Part shown: piece after piece, positions 42,350 to 53,416 of the stretch
Position numbering within the stretch: position 1 is the first letter of the stretch
How the letters are laid out: every line of letters starts with the position of its first letter
NCBI RefSeq assembly: GCF_040954835.1
Contig: NC_090710.1
Span: forward strand, 31,516,586 to 31,580,585
DNA from: Lepisosteus oculatus
Lineage: Eukaryota
DNA length: 64,000 nucleotides
Direction of reading: 5' to 3'
The notes under the pieces: generated by a model
What the model was told of the DNA's origin: nothing
The model's database searches: none
What the model saw: only the letters and a program-made list of their open reading frames with translations
Position numbers and translations under genes: made by a program

Positions 42350-42430
42350 AACTCAGATCCCTTACAAGCAGTGGATGATGCACTGCTGCTTGCCTCTGAA
42401 AAGATGTCTCAGCTTCAGAGCTTACATGAG
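42350..42430 (+). CDS. rnf17: rnf17 exon 5 (NSDPLQAVDDALLLASEKMSQLQSLHE)
   Basis: Acceptor catgtag| and donor gag|gtgaga. 27 codons. Confidence 0.75.
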
Positions 42431-42469
42431 GTGAGATTTAAAGGCAATAATTCCTTCTACTTACAAATT

Positions 42470-42640
42470 GCTCTTTCTGGACACTCCACTCAAAGCCCTT
42501 TACAGGTAGTGGGGATCCCCTCCACCACCATCAGTGTGCAGCCCCACTTGGATGATGTAATGGCAGTGATAGTGCACCAGTCCGCTCTCCACACACCAGC
42601 TCTCAGTGGGGAGGAGAGCAGAGTGATGAAGCCAGTTCAG
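42470..42640 (-). mobile_element. SINE family A fragment in rnf17 intron 5
   Basis: ctctttctggacactccactcaaagccctttacaggtagtggggatcccctccaccacc...gcagagtgatgaagccagttcagagat. Confidence 0.8.
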
Positions 42641-42810
42641 AGATAAGATAAGATCACTTTATTGGTCATATACAGTTTCTTGCATTAGGAATTTGTCTTT
42701 TCGCATACCTCAACTTGCTCTCCATGAGAGGCACAGACAGGGAGAGAAGCTTGGGGTCAGAGCACAGGGTCAGCCATTTATACGGCGCCCCTTGAGCAGC
42801 TGGGGTGAAA
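42640..42810 (-). mobile_element. SINE family C (second tRNA-derived SINE) fragment in rnf17 intron 5
   Basis: gatcactttattggtcatatacagtttcttgcattagg...cagggagagaagcttggggtcagagcacagggtcagccatttata. Matches the 59605 copy. Confidence 0.8.
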
Positions 42811-42882
42811 GTCGAATGTTTACTTTTTTGTGGAGCGTGGGGTATACATTACAGACTAATGTGAACTATTTTATTCTTCAAG

Positions 42883-42986
42883 GTTCTTCTGAATGGTTTT
42901 GAGAACCAAGTTGAAAATGAGAAGGCCAGACTCCTAAAGGAAATAGATGAAGCAGTTCACATGGCAACTACTGCATTAAACAGAAG
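42883..42986 (+). CDS. rnf17: rnf17 exon 6 (VLLNGFENQVENEKARLLKEIDEAVHMATTALNRR)
   Basis: Acceptor cttcaag| and donor aag|gtaaca. Coiled-coil-like region, as in mammalian RNF17. Confidence 0.75.
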
Positions 42987-43663
42987 GTAACACAAACCTT
43001 TGAGAGTTGTTAGAGCTCTAGCATCTCCAAATGTGTTTTATCAGGTTCCTCACACATCTATACATATTAGCTTTCTACATTGTGTAGATCAGAGTCTGGC
43101 AAAAAAAAAGGTTTGTGGCATACGTTATTAGTGAATCCGTCCTTATTAAACTTCACGGAAAGTTGTTTTTAAAGATCTTCCGGGTAAAAGGTCTATTTAG
43201 GGACCTAAAGAATATTTTTATTTTGAAGATTCTGCTGATTCAGCTTTATATTTCAAGCAGAGCATTGTGCTGGAAGTGACTCGGTACTCTTTTCATGTAG
43301 AAATGAAAGTAAAGAGGTTCTAGAGCTTTTGATGCTCTTACAATTAAATCATGTCGCATAATTTTGAATTGAAAACTAGAGTTTGCTCTTTTAAGATGGA
43401 TATGATTTTTAACTTTATGTGTTACTATTCTGAGTGACTCAGCTTGCATATCTAATGTAAGTAATTTTCATTTTTTATTTTTACTTTAACATTTATTTCT
43501 CTATTTGTGAAATGAAAGTTTGCTATAGAGCCCTAAGATTAATGTATTATCAACTTTTGTCTCGGGGAAACTGCAGAAAAACTTGCGTTAAGAAGCACTT
43601 CTAGTAATGTTTTTAGGCTTGCTGAATTTGTTGAAATCATTTATTGCCCTCAATTTGTTACAG

Positions 43664-43832
43664 AAGAGGAATATTAGTGGGAGAGCTGGCGAACATAAAC
43701 CAGTATTTCCCTGCAACTAAATGTGCTATCGAAAAAGTGGAAGAGGAGCAAAGGATTTTGGAACTAGCTGTTCAGAATGCGAAGCAAGTTCAACAGGTTC
43801 CTGCTCTTGGAAGCTACTGTGACGTGGAAAAG
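43664..43832 (+). CDS. rnf17: rnf17 exon 7 (...PALGSYCDVEK)
   Basis: Acceptor ttacag| and donor aaag|gtattt. SYCDVEK aligns with human TYCDLNQ. Confidence 0.8.
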
Positions 43833-44559
43833 GTATTTGCCTCAACGTAGAAGGGGATTTGAGAGATGATGATGGAAGTTCTGCTGATGTCCAGGTAGTG
43901 CTCAGTGTGTAAAGGGGGATAGTGTCACAGGTCGAACTCCGACACAGTAAGGGAGCACATTGTGTTGAGGGGTCAGGACCACTTAAGTCCACCTCTGTGC
44001 CTTGGCACCCTCCCAGCAGATGCTCCTGCCTTGTCCATGCTTGTCTGTCTGCTGCGGTGTATCACAAGGCACGCAAGCAGTTCCCATCCCGTGGAGACCC
44101 TCCGGGGTGCAAGATAACAAATCCCATCCAAGAAAACAAAAAACATTTCATTTTTACTTTGTATTTAAGAAATCCAGTGTGTGGAATTGCTGGGGCCTGA
44201 GAAAAGTGTGCTAACTCTTGTGTGATAAAACAGAAGGTTACCCTGGATGCAGAGTGTTGCCAAGGAGCTTTGCTGGTGTGTAGCAGGAAGTGGGTTGCTA
44301 AAGCTCTCAGCAACACAGCGGAAAAGGATTGGCTAATAAATATACCAGCATTACAATGTGGAGCTTAGCTCTCTGCATTAAAAGGTCCAGTAAGCTTTTA
44401 AACAGCTGAGGCCACCTGATCTAAGTGTTCCCACACAATGTTATACCTGAATCCAGTATGCTCTGGTTTTATTCTCAGATCCTGGGTAGAACAGGAAAAA
44501 ATCGCCTACAGAACAAAACAAACTATTATTGGATAAAGAGAGCTTTGAAATCTGGAAAT

Positions 44560-44900
44560 GCCGGACACACAGGTTCAGTGATCTTGGCTGTTTTCCATCC
44601 GCCCATTATCAGCAAACCCTTTGTTCCTGTCAAGAGCTATGGCAATCTGGAACCTCCTGGACATGCAGGACACAAGGCGAGACCGAACCCTGATACTGTA
44701 GACAGGACGCCAAGTCCAGGCGTGTGCACAAACACACGGGGAGAGTCTAGAATTGCCAGTTGACCCGACAGTCATGTCTTTGGGAGGCAGGTGGAAACTA
44801 AGAAACCTGGAGGAAACCAGAGTGTGTACAGGATAAGAACATGCAAACACGGAAATGCACACAGCCTAGTCCAGAATCGAACCCAGGACACAGTGAAAGG
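44560..44900 (-). mobile_element. tRNA-derived SINE (family B) in rnf17 intron 7
   Basis: ...gtctttgggaggcaggtggaaactaagaaacctggaggaaaccagag...gaacatgcaaacac...gaatcgaacccaggac. Confidence 0.8.
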
Positions 44901-45350
44901 CCACTCTTCTTTAATTTCCTTGAAGGAAGAGACAGCTGTGAGCCATCCATGTCGATTACCTCTCAATCAGCCACTCTTCTGAAGAAACATGTAAACAAAG
45001 GGCTGCATGAAATAAGCAGTATAAAATCATCTTTATAAAAGATAAAATGGTGAAACAGTGTACGTTTAGTTATTTTTTCCGTGAACTGAGGAGTGATTTG
45101 AACTTACCTGTCCTAACAGAACTGCAAGGTGTATATTTAACACTGAATTACCAATCCGTTTTTGTTGAAAAGTTGAAAATTGAACTGTACTATTCTACTT
45201 GGCAAAGATGAATTCTGGTATGAGTGAAGATCGCGTATTATTCTCTTTTTCCGATGAATAGTTTGAGCTTGAAATGTGAGGTTGTGAAACTTAATGTACA
45301 TTGCAAAATACAAATAAATGTGAGCAGGATTGTGTTTTTTTTTTATTCAG

Positions 45351-45424
45351 GTTGTTGCAACCCTTCAGTCCTGTCTGAGCAGAGAGGATTATTTGTCATG
45401 TCTCGGGCAAGCATCTGGTCTGAG
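45351..45424 (+). CDS. rnf17: rnf17 exon 8 (VVATLQSCLSREDYLSCLGQASGL)
   Basis: Acceptor ttattcag| and donor gag|gtagga. Aligns with human IIRTLQLTSDSEL. Confidence 0.75.
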
Positions 45425-45897
45425 GTAGGAGGATATGACTGCAAATGGTTTAAATCTTTGTGTGGATCTGTGTTTTCCACTCTGTAATCCTTTGTTGGCT
45501 GGAATGACTAAATCGGTAATACTGCATCGCTGAATTTCTGTAGTTTTCTCTAACTTTAACCGTTTTTTTAGCTCCAAAAGATTCTTCTAAGACCTGTACC
45601 TTCTCGGTTTTCTTTACTGTCCTTGTTTCAGGAACGGAGCACTGTAGATCATGAGCAGTTGTGTCAGTGTAGTTTTTGGAGTCACCATCTTGTTTGTCTA
45701 GTGTTTGTATGTTCTTTTACTGCATGTGAATCTCCCCCTTGGTGATTAATGAAGTATATCCCATTGCTCTTGTTCATCGTATTCGGCGTTAACCTGGCTT
45801 TTGGAGATGGTGGGCCTGGGGCTCCTGGGGAGTCCCTGTGTGCTTTAATGAAACACGTGTGCTTTGCATCACTCATAGCTGTTCCGTTTTCCCACAG

Positions 45898-45976
45898 CTG
45901 CAGCCTGGATTATGATGGCTTCATCCAGAACCTAAATGATGGCTTTAAGATAAGATGTGATGCCCCCAAAACGCAA
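45898..45976 (+). CDS. rnf17: rnf17 exon 9 (SCSLDYDGFIQNLNDGFKIRCDAPKTQ); 3' boundary uncertain (alternative end 45956)
   Basis: Acceptor cccacag|. Aligns with human VNCSEIICMFNNMGKIEFRDSTK. No strong GT donor before the in-frame stop at ~46001. Candidate donors are caa|gttaat (45977) or t|gtgatg (45957). Confidence 0.5.
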
Positions 45977-46379
45977 GTTAATTTTGTTTGTTCTACATCT
46001 TAATCTGGAAGAAAAAATTAAGAATAGTGCCTGAGAGAGACATTGTATGGAGAGTGAGTTTTATAATAGGACAGAAAGAAATAGTGTAGACAAATGATGC
46101 GGATCTATATTGAACTGCCCTGTGGGCTGGGAGCTACAATGTGCTATCGAAACAGTGGAGTCATATTAGAGATGTTTATCTTTTTACATTTTTTGGGTGG
46201 AATATTAGTACAACTTTTTTTGCAAATTTAAAATGTACAGTGGTTTTGGTTGTCTGAAAAACCTTGCCATTTTGTATCTGAAAATGCATTCTCTTGATAA
46301 TGGTGGACAAAGCAAAGACAGGCTTTTGAGGAATATGACTTTTATATAATTATATAAGGAGCAAGTGATAAGTTTATTC

Positions 46380-46560
46380 CATGCTGAAAAAAAGAAGAAA
46401 GAAAACACATTTTGGCCGTGGAGCCTTCTTCAGGTGTGTCAATGAGCCTTCTCACACCTGAAGAAGGCTCCACGGATGAAACGTTGTGTTTTCTTTCTTC
46501 TTTTTTTCAGCATGGAATAAACCCATTACTTGTTCCTTTGCAGTCTACGCATGCTGACGC
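46380..46560. mobile_element. MITE-like element (family D), near-perfect long palindrome
   Basis: ccatgctgaaaaaaagaagaaagaaaacaca..ttttggccgtggagccttcttcaggtgtg [loop] cacacctgaagaaggctccacggatgaaacg..ttgtgttttctttcttctttttttcagcatgg. Confidence 0.75.
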
Positions 46561-46639
46561 AGCTACCCACCTGAACTACTATAATTATATAATAGTATTC
46601 TTGTAGTTGTTATTAATAATAATTGCAGTAGTATTAGTA

Positions 46640-46725
46640 TTACATCTGAAGAAGGCTCCACAGCAAAACATTTTCTTACTTCTCTTTTCAGCATGGAATA
46701 AAACTATTACTTGTTCCTTTGTAGT
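46640..46725. mobile_element. MITE-like element (family D), partial
   Basis: ctgaagaaggctccacagcaaaacattttcttacttctcttttcagcatggaataaaactattacttgttcc. Confidence 0.6.
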
Positions 46726-47631
46726 ATTAGTATGGCCATATAACGGTAATAGGTTTAGAGCCCGGCAAGTCCAGACCTTCATGGAACCTTCATGTCTGTG
46801 ATGTGCAGGAGAATTAGATACAGTGTAGGTGCCGCAGCAGTTATCTGTTACATAGATAACATTTTAGTTGTTGCATAGTAGCATTTTAAAAATAATGAAG
46901 TACTCCTGTTCACCTGAAGATGAGACTATTTCACCTCCTGTCAAACCAGACCCTTTCAAATGATGGTGTAATCATGCTTTATGGTTTTATCCCCCTTTTC
47001 TCAATAATTTGTGTCTGCAGTAGCATTCAGTAAACTCTGAATGCTATATTTTGAACAACTTTACTGAGTAGATAGACATTTAATCTACACCAGAAATTTG
47101 TATGAAAGATATCCATTTGTTCAGTGTGATATACTGTATGTCATACAGTCACAGCTAAAACATTCTGGGTTTGGTGTTGCCTATGACTGCCCTGCCCTTA
47201 TTTGAGTTTTCATTGAGGTTTTTGTTGGTATTTATTAAGAGTCATTAAATGAGAATTATTTTTTTATTACCGAAAATATTTTAGGCATTGCACTTATTGT
47301 ATTTCACTCGCGTTGCATTTATAAAATACACAGCTAAAGATCAGCCAGCTATATAAATCAGCTAATTTAACTCCTTAAACTTCTTTCAGTTTTAGCATGT
47401 GTTTTGATTTGAAGTTTTCACCATGGTCAATGCCAATTGCCAGTTGCAATTTAACAAAACAGGATACAGAGCTGAAGGTGATATGGTAAAGCCCAGCCTG
47501 ATGTGCAGTATGTCACATAAGGACCTGCTAACTACACGTCGGGTGTGTGGTGCAAATGCACGGATCTCTGTGAAATAACCCTTGGCTCTTCAGTTCCTGA
47601 TGTTTTAAGAGTCACTTTAACATGCGCCCAG

Positions 47632-47977
47632 ATGAAGTGCCTTATCCCCTGGAGCAGTGGAGTAGTGCTCAGTGGTGTTTCAGATGATGATGCTCGTTTA
47701 CGCTCATGCTGTCCCTGGATCAGGAGGGGTCAGGGCAGAGCCCTTTCTGTCCCGCTGTTCACTATGTCCTGTGTGAAAATCTTTAGCGTCGCGCCAGAGG
47801 ATTCAAGACAGTTGAGCATCCAAAAGCAAATGAAGCTCTCTGTGACCCGTCACGGCAACCAAGAACCGCCGTCACAGCTGAAGGACTGTGGGATGGAGGT
47901 GCCTGAACCACCTTCTCATGAGTCTTTCGGCAGCTCAGATGTGATGACCTACAAAAACACGGAGATTCCAGAATCAG
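47632..47977 (+). CDS. rnf17: rnf17 exon 10 (large, low-complexity S/P/E-rich linker exon); 5' boundary uncertain (alternative 47594), putative GC donor
   Basis: Long open frame from 47521 to 47977 in the correct phase to feed exon 11. It ends ...EIPESG at cag|gcaagt. Several acceptor AGs are phase-compatible. Confidence 0.45.
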
Positions 47978-48603
47978 GCAAGTTGTACCATAATGTATTA
48001 AAAGCTTGCTTTTATTGTTTTTTAAAGACTTTTTTTAAAAAAAGAAATGCAAAAAATGTGGGAGGAATATGTGTTTTTTTAGGAGCAAAACCCTGGATTT
48101 TTCTTCAAAATCCCAGCGGTGGATGCACATCATCCTTGGATTTGCAGTCACAAAGATGTGGGTTCTTAATGTTCATTTTTGTATTTTTTTGCCCTCATGG
48201 TCAGAGATGGGGAATCGGCACTGGATGTGTGCAGAACATTCATATATTCAAAAGAGAAGTCTAGCATGTAATTCTGCCCGTTTGTAAGTCAGTATAGATT
48301 TGCTTTAAAGTAAGAGTGAAGGTAAATGTTATTTTTTACTAAACGGACAACATTGTAGTCTTTGTTCTTTTTTTACAAGTCAACCTGTTATGAATCCCAT
48401 AATTCAACAGAGCGTTAGAATTACAATCCAGGAGCACGTCAGGTATTTGAATCTTGTCTGGTGTGCTGCTTTGGTCTTATTAGCAGTGTCTTAGGTGAAG
48501 AAATGAAGGCTGTTCTGTTGGATTGTGTTTGGTATCCTTGGGTTTTTCCTTCTTTGATCGTAGCTGCTCTAAATACTTAACTAATGTATATGTGCTGCTC
48601 CAG

Positions 48604-48696
48604 GAACTGGAGTGAGGTTTCCAAGCGAAAAGTCGGCAATGCCAAAGAAAACTAAGAAAGCACTGGCAGCATGTCCCCCTTTAACTTCAAGGAGAG
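48604..48696 (+). CDS. rnf17: rnf17 exon 11 (TGVRFPSEKSAMPKKTKKALAACPPLTSRR)
   Basis: Acceptor tgctgctccag| and donor gag|gtaaat. Phase 1 in, phase 1 out. Confidence 0.7.
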
Positions 48697-48897
48697 GTAA
48701 ATATAGCCTTAGAAGCTTGGTCCTGGCACAGTCTTCTCGCATTTAAAGGTGTATGTTTTTATGTCTTGGCTGAACGGTTTATGTACCATACATATTCTAA
48801 TATTAATTTACTGAACTGCAAGTTCCCAGCACAGAAAAAAATAGCCAAACACCGGGCATCTGGATTTCAGGAAATCTTCTAACTTCCACTTTTGTAG

Positions 48898-49059
48898 TTT
48901 TCCAGGAGTGGGTGTTTGTTACCCATGTGGTAAACCCCAGCCATTTCTACGTGAGAAGAGTTGCAGAAACCAAGGCCGCCGCCAGCTTAGCCAAAAAGAT
49001 CCGATTGTTTTGCGATGATGAGAAAACCTTCCTGGATCCCGAAGACGTTCTGGAAGTGG
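48898..49059 (+). CDS. rnf17: rnf17 exon 12 (VFQEWVFVTHVVNPSHFYVRRVAETKAAASLAKKIRLFCDDEKTFLDPEDVLEV; N-terminal part of Tudor 1)
   Basis: Acceptor ttttgtag| and donor gtgg|gtcagt. Strong match to human ELVFVSHVIDPCHFYIRK...HLDPSDILELG. Confidence 0.9.
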
Positions 49060-49315
49060 GTCAGTGGCTGTTAGTCCCCTCGTGTTATTGCCAGTGTGTA
49101 CTGATACACCCATTCTTTAAAGTGATTTCTGTGCATAACTATATCATCTGAGTGATTTGCTTCAATTGATTGATTACGTTAAAAAAAATCTTTCAAACGT
49201 GCATCTATGAGCATTATATATATATACTGTATGCGTTGTTTAATTTGGAGAATGGATGGTGTAAGTGATATTTGGTTACTGTTAGTTTAATGAGAGGTGT
49301 CTTTTTTCCCGTTAG

Positions 49316-49490
49316 GGACCCTGATTTTTGTGAAGCTGCAAGAAGAGAAGTGGAGCCGAGCCACTATTACCGAGCTGGTTCAGAGGTGCAGCGACTGCCA
49401 GTCCGTGCCCAGGTGTGCCGTGGCGCACGTCTCTAAACTCCAGGTGTATTTCACTGACTTTGGCAACACCGAGGAGATCTCTCTTGCGAG
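49316..49490 (+). CDS. rnf17: rnf17 exon 13 (Tudor 1 core: ...WSRATITELV...VYFTDFGNTEEISLAR)
   Basis: Acceptor ccgttag| and donor cgag|gtgcga. Matches human WCRGTITELIP...FMVDFGNSEV. Confidence 0.9.
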
Positions 49491-49892
49491 GTGCGAGACG
49501 ACGGTTTCTAACCTTTTACATTCCTGAAACATAATCTCATTAAAATTTGTGAGTGAAAAGTTGCTTTAGTTTTTGAATGTCTTAATATTGACGATCGTTA
49601 AACGTATCAAAATGCAAAATGGGTTAGAATTTTATTTTTGAAAGTATCCAGAGGTTATGTTATGGTTACTGGACCTGTTGTAGGAAATTATTTGTTTCCC
49701 AAAATGTAGTATTTTTTTATACGTAGCTAGCAGTATGTCACAATAATCTTTGTTTGTCCGTCTCATTATGCTCGAAGACATGAACTTCCAGATTCAGAGA
49801 CAGTTTCTTCCCACAAGCTGTCTGGTTACTGAACTCTACCCCCACCACTGGGTCAGACTGATGTTTTTTTTAAGTTGTATGTTATTTAACTT

Positions 49893-49914
49893 GTTGTTGC
49901 TGCTGCTGCTGTTC
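49893..49914. repeat. (TTG)n/(CTG)n microsatellite
   Basis: ttgttgttgctgctgctgctg. Confidence 0.8.
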
Positions 49915-49984
49915 TGTGTTTGTTTTTGGTGGTTCCTTTAATGTCTTTGTATTGGAGCACACATGCAAATAAGCATTTCATTGC

Positions 49985-50130
49985 ACTGAAAAGAGAAGAA
50001 AGAAAACACAACATTTTGGCCATGGAGCCAAAAAAACATTGTGTTTTCTTTCTTCTCTTTTCAGGAAGGAATAAGCCTGTTACTTGTTCCTTTGTAGCTT
50101 ATGTGTGCTGACGCAGCCACCCACCTGAAA
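49985..50130. mobile_element. MITE-like element (family D) copy
   Basis: aagaagaaagaaaacacaacattttggccatggagcc...gtgttttctttcttctcttttcaggaaggaataagcctgttacttgttcc...gtgctgacgcagc. Confidence 0.7.
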
Positions 50131-50469
50131 TGCATTGCACTTGTGCATATGACAATAAGCTGAAGTGAACTGGATAGGTTAAAATGTTTTACTCCAGTAT
50201 CAAGCATTTCTTTTATCAGTGTCAAAGTAATTATAAAGAAAGAAAAAATAAATTTGGAATTACTTGTATGGTTGTCAGCTTTCAGTTCATACACAAGCTC
50301 AACATGACTGGGGTGCCAAATCTTGGCATAGGGTTTCTGGGTCCAATTAAAGCAGCAGTACTTGAAGAACTGTGAGAAGCCATTAAATACGTCCAATTAA
50401 AATTTTGGACCTGGATTGGACACCTTTGGGATAGCCTGTTAACCTACAGTACTTATTAAAAATTTCTAG

Positions 50470-50626
50470 GTCAGAAGACTACCCTGTGGGAGATGATTGC
50501 TCCATTCAGGTTGCCAACTTAAATGAGTGCATTAGAAAGCCTGATCTTGCTGTTCAGTCGGAAATGAGGAGGTGGACTTCGCTGGCAGTGAAGTGTTCAC
50601 TGATGAGCATTGTGCCACATGACTGG
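50470..50626 (+). CDS. rnf17: rnf17 exon 14
   Basis: Acceptor tttctag| and donor gactgg|gtaaga. KCSLMSIVPHDW aligns with human PCSLKDIVPQNSNEGW. Confidence 0.85.
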
Positions 50627-51278
50627 GTAAGACCACCGCCTTTCACGGCCTTGGGTGTTATGATTGAAAATATGAAATATTGCTCAGTGATCCCCCCCAT
50701 CCTCTTTGTTTCATTTTGTTTTCTGAACAACGAAAGGCATTTGTTAGTATGTCAGACTACATGGTGTCAAATGTTGTGAGAAAGGCTTTTGTGAAAATGT
50801 CATTTGGGACTGACTTAAAAAAAAAACTTAGTAAAATCTCTTCTCGAGCTTCTCAAGCTCTGGGTTCTCCCACCTCCCAAAGACGTCCGAGACGGGTTTT
50901 GTTGGGTTATGCTAAACTGCTCCTTCCATGAGGAAGAGGAGTGGGGCCTCTTCCCCACCGACCTGCCCCTGACTTAGTTGGCATGAGGTTTGGGTGAAGA
51001 AGAGGCTGCAAGCCTGTGTTTGCCGAGGGCTGTTTCATAGTAAAGGTGGCAGATGTGGCTTGGTTGTGATGTGCAGCACCGCTGAGCTCTTGCAAGCACG
51101 GCACTGATGTGCTGGCTGGCCCTTTGCGCGGACCGGATACCCTCTCGTGTTCCTCGGGCGCGAAGGCGCCGCGGAAAAGCTTTTCGGACCTTCCTCTTGG
51201 CACGCTGGGGATGTTCAGGTGAGGCGCCCTTCCGGGGTGTAACGGCTGGGTCCTGTCCGCGTTTGTTCCCGATGCCAG

Positions 51279-51469
51279 CAGGAGGGCTGGAGGCGGGAGG
51301 CGCGGGGGGAGTTCGTGCGCGTCGTGGGGAGCAAGGCCGTGGAGATGAAGGTGTTCGGAGAGGACGGAGACACGCTGCTGGTGGACCTGCAGAAGTCGCG
51401 AATGGACAGACTGGTCAGTGACATGCCCATCTCCCTAAGAGAATACCTTGTCTTCATGGAGCTGGCAAG
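51279..51469 (+). CDS. rnf17: rnf17 exon 15 (EGWRREARGEFVRVVGSKAVEMKVFGEDGDTLLVDLQK...MPISLREYLVFMELA); NAGNAG acceptor (alternative start 51282)
   Basis: Acceptor ccag|cag|gag and donor gcaag|gtgaga. Near-colinear with human [38 protein letters not shown]...MPVSLRDALVFMELAK. Confidence 0.9.
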
Positions 51470-51903
51470 GTGAGAGCACCCAGACACAACCACGCTTGAC
51501 AGTCTTGTGTTGACCACCTGGGAAGTCCTTCCTGTATTTGTTTACTCCTTTCGACAGTAGACTGTCCATGTTTTTTTCTAAGTGAGAGCTCATTGCAAGG
51601 CTTGCACTTGTAAACTTTTTGTAGAGCTCGACGGTTTTTTTGTCATTTTTGGTGTTCCTCGTTATCTTGCTGGTTGAAACATACACATCTCCCGGCTTGT
51701 CCGATCAGTCCTGGTCAGGTTTGTCCTCTCCATTTAGTTTCTGATCCTGGCTTTTAACACCAGGATGCCGGGTCTGTTGTCTTTCGCATCATGCTTTAAG
51801 GCACAAGAAAGGTGAATTTGTGATCTGTGGTTGCTGATTGAGAGTTTCCTGAAAGCCTTTTTGCAATGTCTCATTCTTTCGTTTTGTTGTTTTTTTTTAA
51901 AAG

Positions 51904-52054
51904 ATTTTACTCTCCAGGTCCTTGGAATGAAAAAACCTTGATTTGTGAAAAAAAGTCTGTGCGGTACTGCTTGCCGGTGTACCCTAAGCTAAATGAGGAG
52001 TTCAGCGCGGTAGTGTGCCACATCGTAACTCCCTCGGACTTCTACATCCAGCTT
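51904..52054 (+). CDS. rnf17: rnf17 exon 16 (...SAVVCHIVTPSDFYIQL)
   Basis: Acceptor ttaaaag| and donor cagctt|gtaagt. The nearby ctccag acceptor would give an in-frame stop, so aaaag| is used. Confidence 0.8.
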
Positions 52055-52445
52055 GTAAGTTCAAGGGGGAGCTCGGTTTTCATTTCTTGCAGTTCAGAAT
52101 AACATAAGATAAAAGCTTGGGATGTACACTTGGAAGGTGCTTATCTACTTTATGGGTACAAAAGCATCCTTAAAGTCAAGAAGGGCGATCATATAGTCAA
52201 ATTCGGGTCGTACGGACCACACATAGTTCAAAAATGATTGTACCGTCTGTTATTTCACACCCTGGGTTTACATCCGTCTGGGTTTTTGCTGTTTGCATGG
52301 TGTGTTCTCAAATATGGTTCATTATGTACTTTTATTTTTGTTTTCAAAAAACGTTTTGTTCGTGGTTGGAGTTCATTGTCTGCAGTCAAAACCAAACAGA
52401 ATGCAAATGAGGATGCCTGTATTGACGACATTTATCTGATCACAG

Positions 52446-52596
52446 GTAGACAACAGTGAGTCCCTTATTTTAATGTCAAAGCTTCAAGATTTCTATTCCC
52501 AAGGAGGGTCGGGGTTAGAGATACGCTGTCCCTGTCTGAACCAGGCCTGTGTAGCTCTGTTTAAGGATAACGCTTGGTACCGGGCAGAGATAGTTG
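52446..52596 (+). CDS. rnf17: rnf17 exon 17 (...GLEIRCPCLNQACVALFKDNAWYRAEIVG; Tudor 2 N-terminal part)
   Basis: Acceptor atcacag| and donor gttg|gtgagt. Matches human [29 protein letters not shown]. Confidence 0.9.
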
Positions 52597-53300
52597 GTGA
52601 GTGTAATCGTAAGTGCTTCTCAGCATGGTTTTCAAATTCCTGAACTTATCATAGAAGAAAACATAAACAAATACTTTTCAGTCTAGATAAATATCACCTA
52701 AGAAAAGGTCCATGTTTCTTCTGAGTTTTTTTAATTCATTGTTAAAAAAAAAAAACACAATACCAAGATCTTTTTTTCACACTTGAACACTTGTGATGTT
52801 AAAGACACAAGTGTTTCGTGTAATTCTAAAGCCATACATTCAAGTTGGTAAAAAAAAACAGTGAGATGTGAAGTTTTGAGATCTGCTCATGTGATGGGAT
52901 CACTTCTAAGCTACAGTAGAAGATGGTTGAGCATTGAAAATGTGATGTGATGTGATCTTCATCTAAGTCATAATAATAAAGACAGTCTTATTTAATAAAC
53001 AACACACACAACGTTTTACATTGCCATATCTTTGTTGAACAAATGGTTTAAACAATCAAGGTCGTTGTTGGGAAAAGTGGGTTGTCCAAGATTGTGTTTT
53101 TTTGCAGTTGAATTATGTTCTGTGATTTTCAGCATAACACAAATACGCACATCTCTAGTGTTTTATGATGTTTTTTGTGTTCTGGAATATGAATCTCAAC
53201 AAATTGTGATTAATTAATAATACAAAAAAATGAAATTAAGATCAATTAACGCCTGAATTACAGTATCTCCAGCGATGTGTGTGTGTGTGTGTTATTGTAG

Positions 53301-53416
53301 GTCTCCCTGGCAATAGGACTGTGGAGGTGAAGTTTGTTGACTTTGGAAATTATATGAAACTGCCACTGAGCAGTGTGCGACAGATCAAGGATGAATTTGT
53401 GACTTTTCCAGCAATG
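53301..53416 (+). CDS. rnf17: rnf17 exon 18 (Tudor 2 core: LPGNRTVEVKFVDFGNYMKLPLSSVRQIKDEFVTFPAM)
   Basis: Acceptor ttattgtag| and donor aatg|gtgagt. Matches human [32 protein letters not shown]. Confidence 0.92.
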
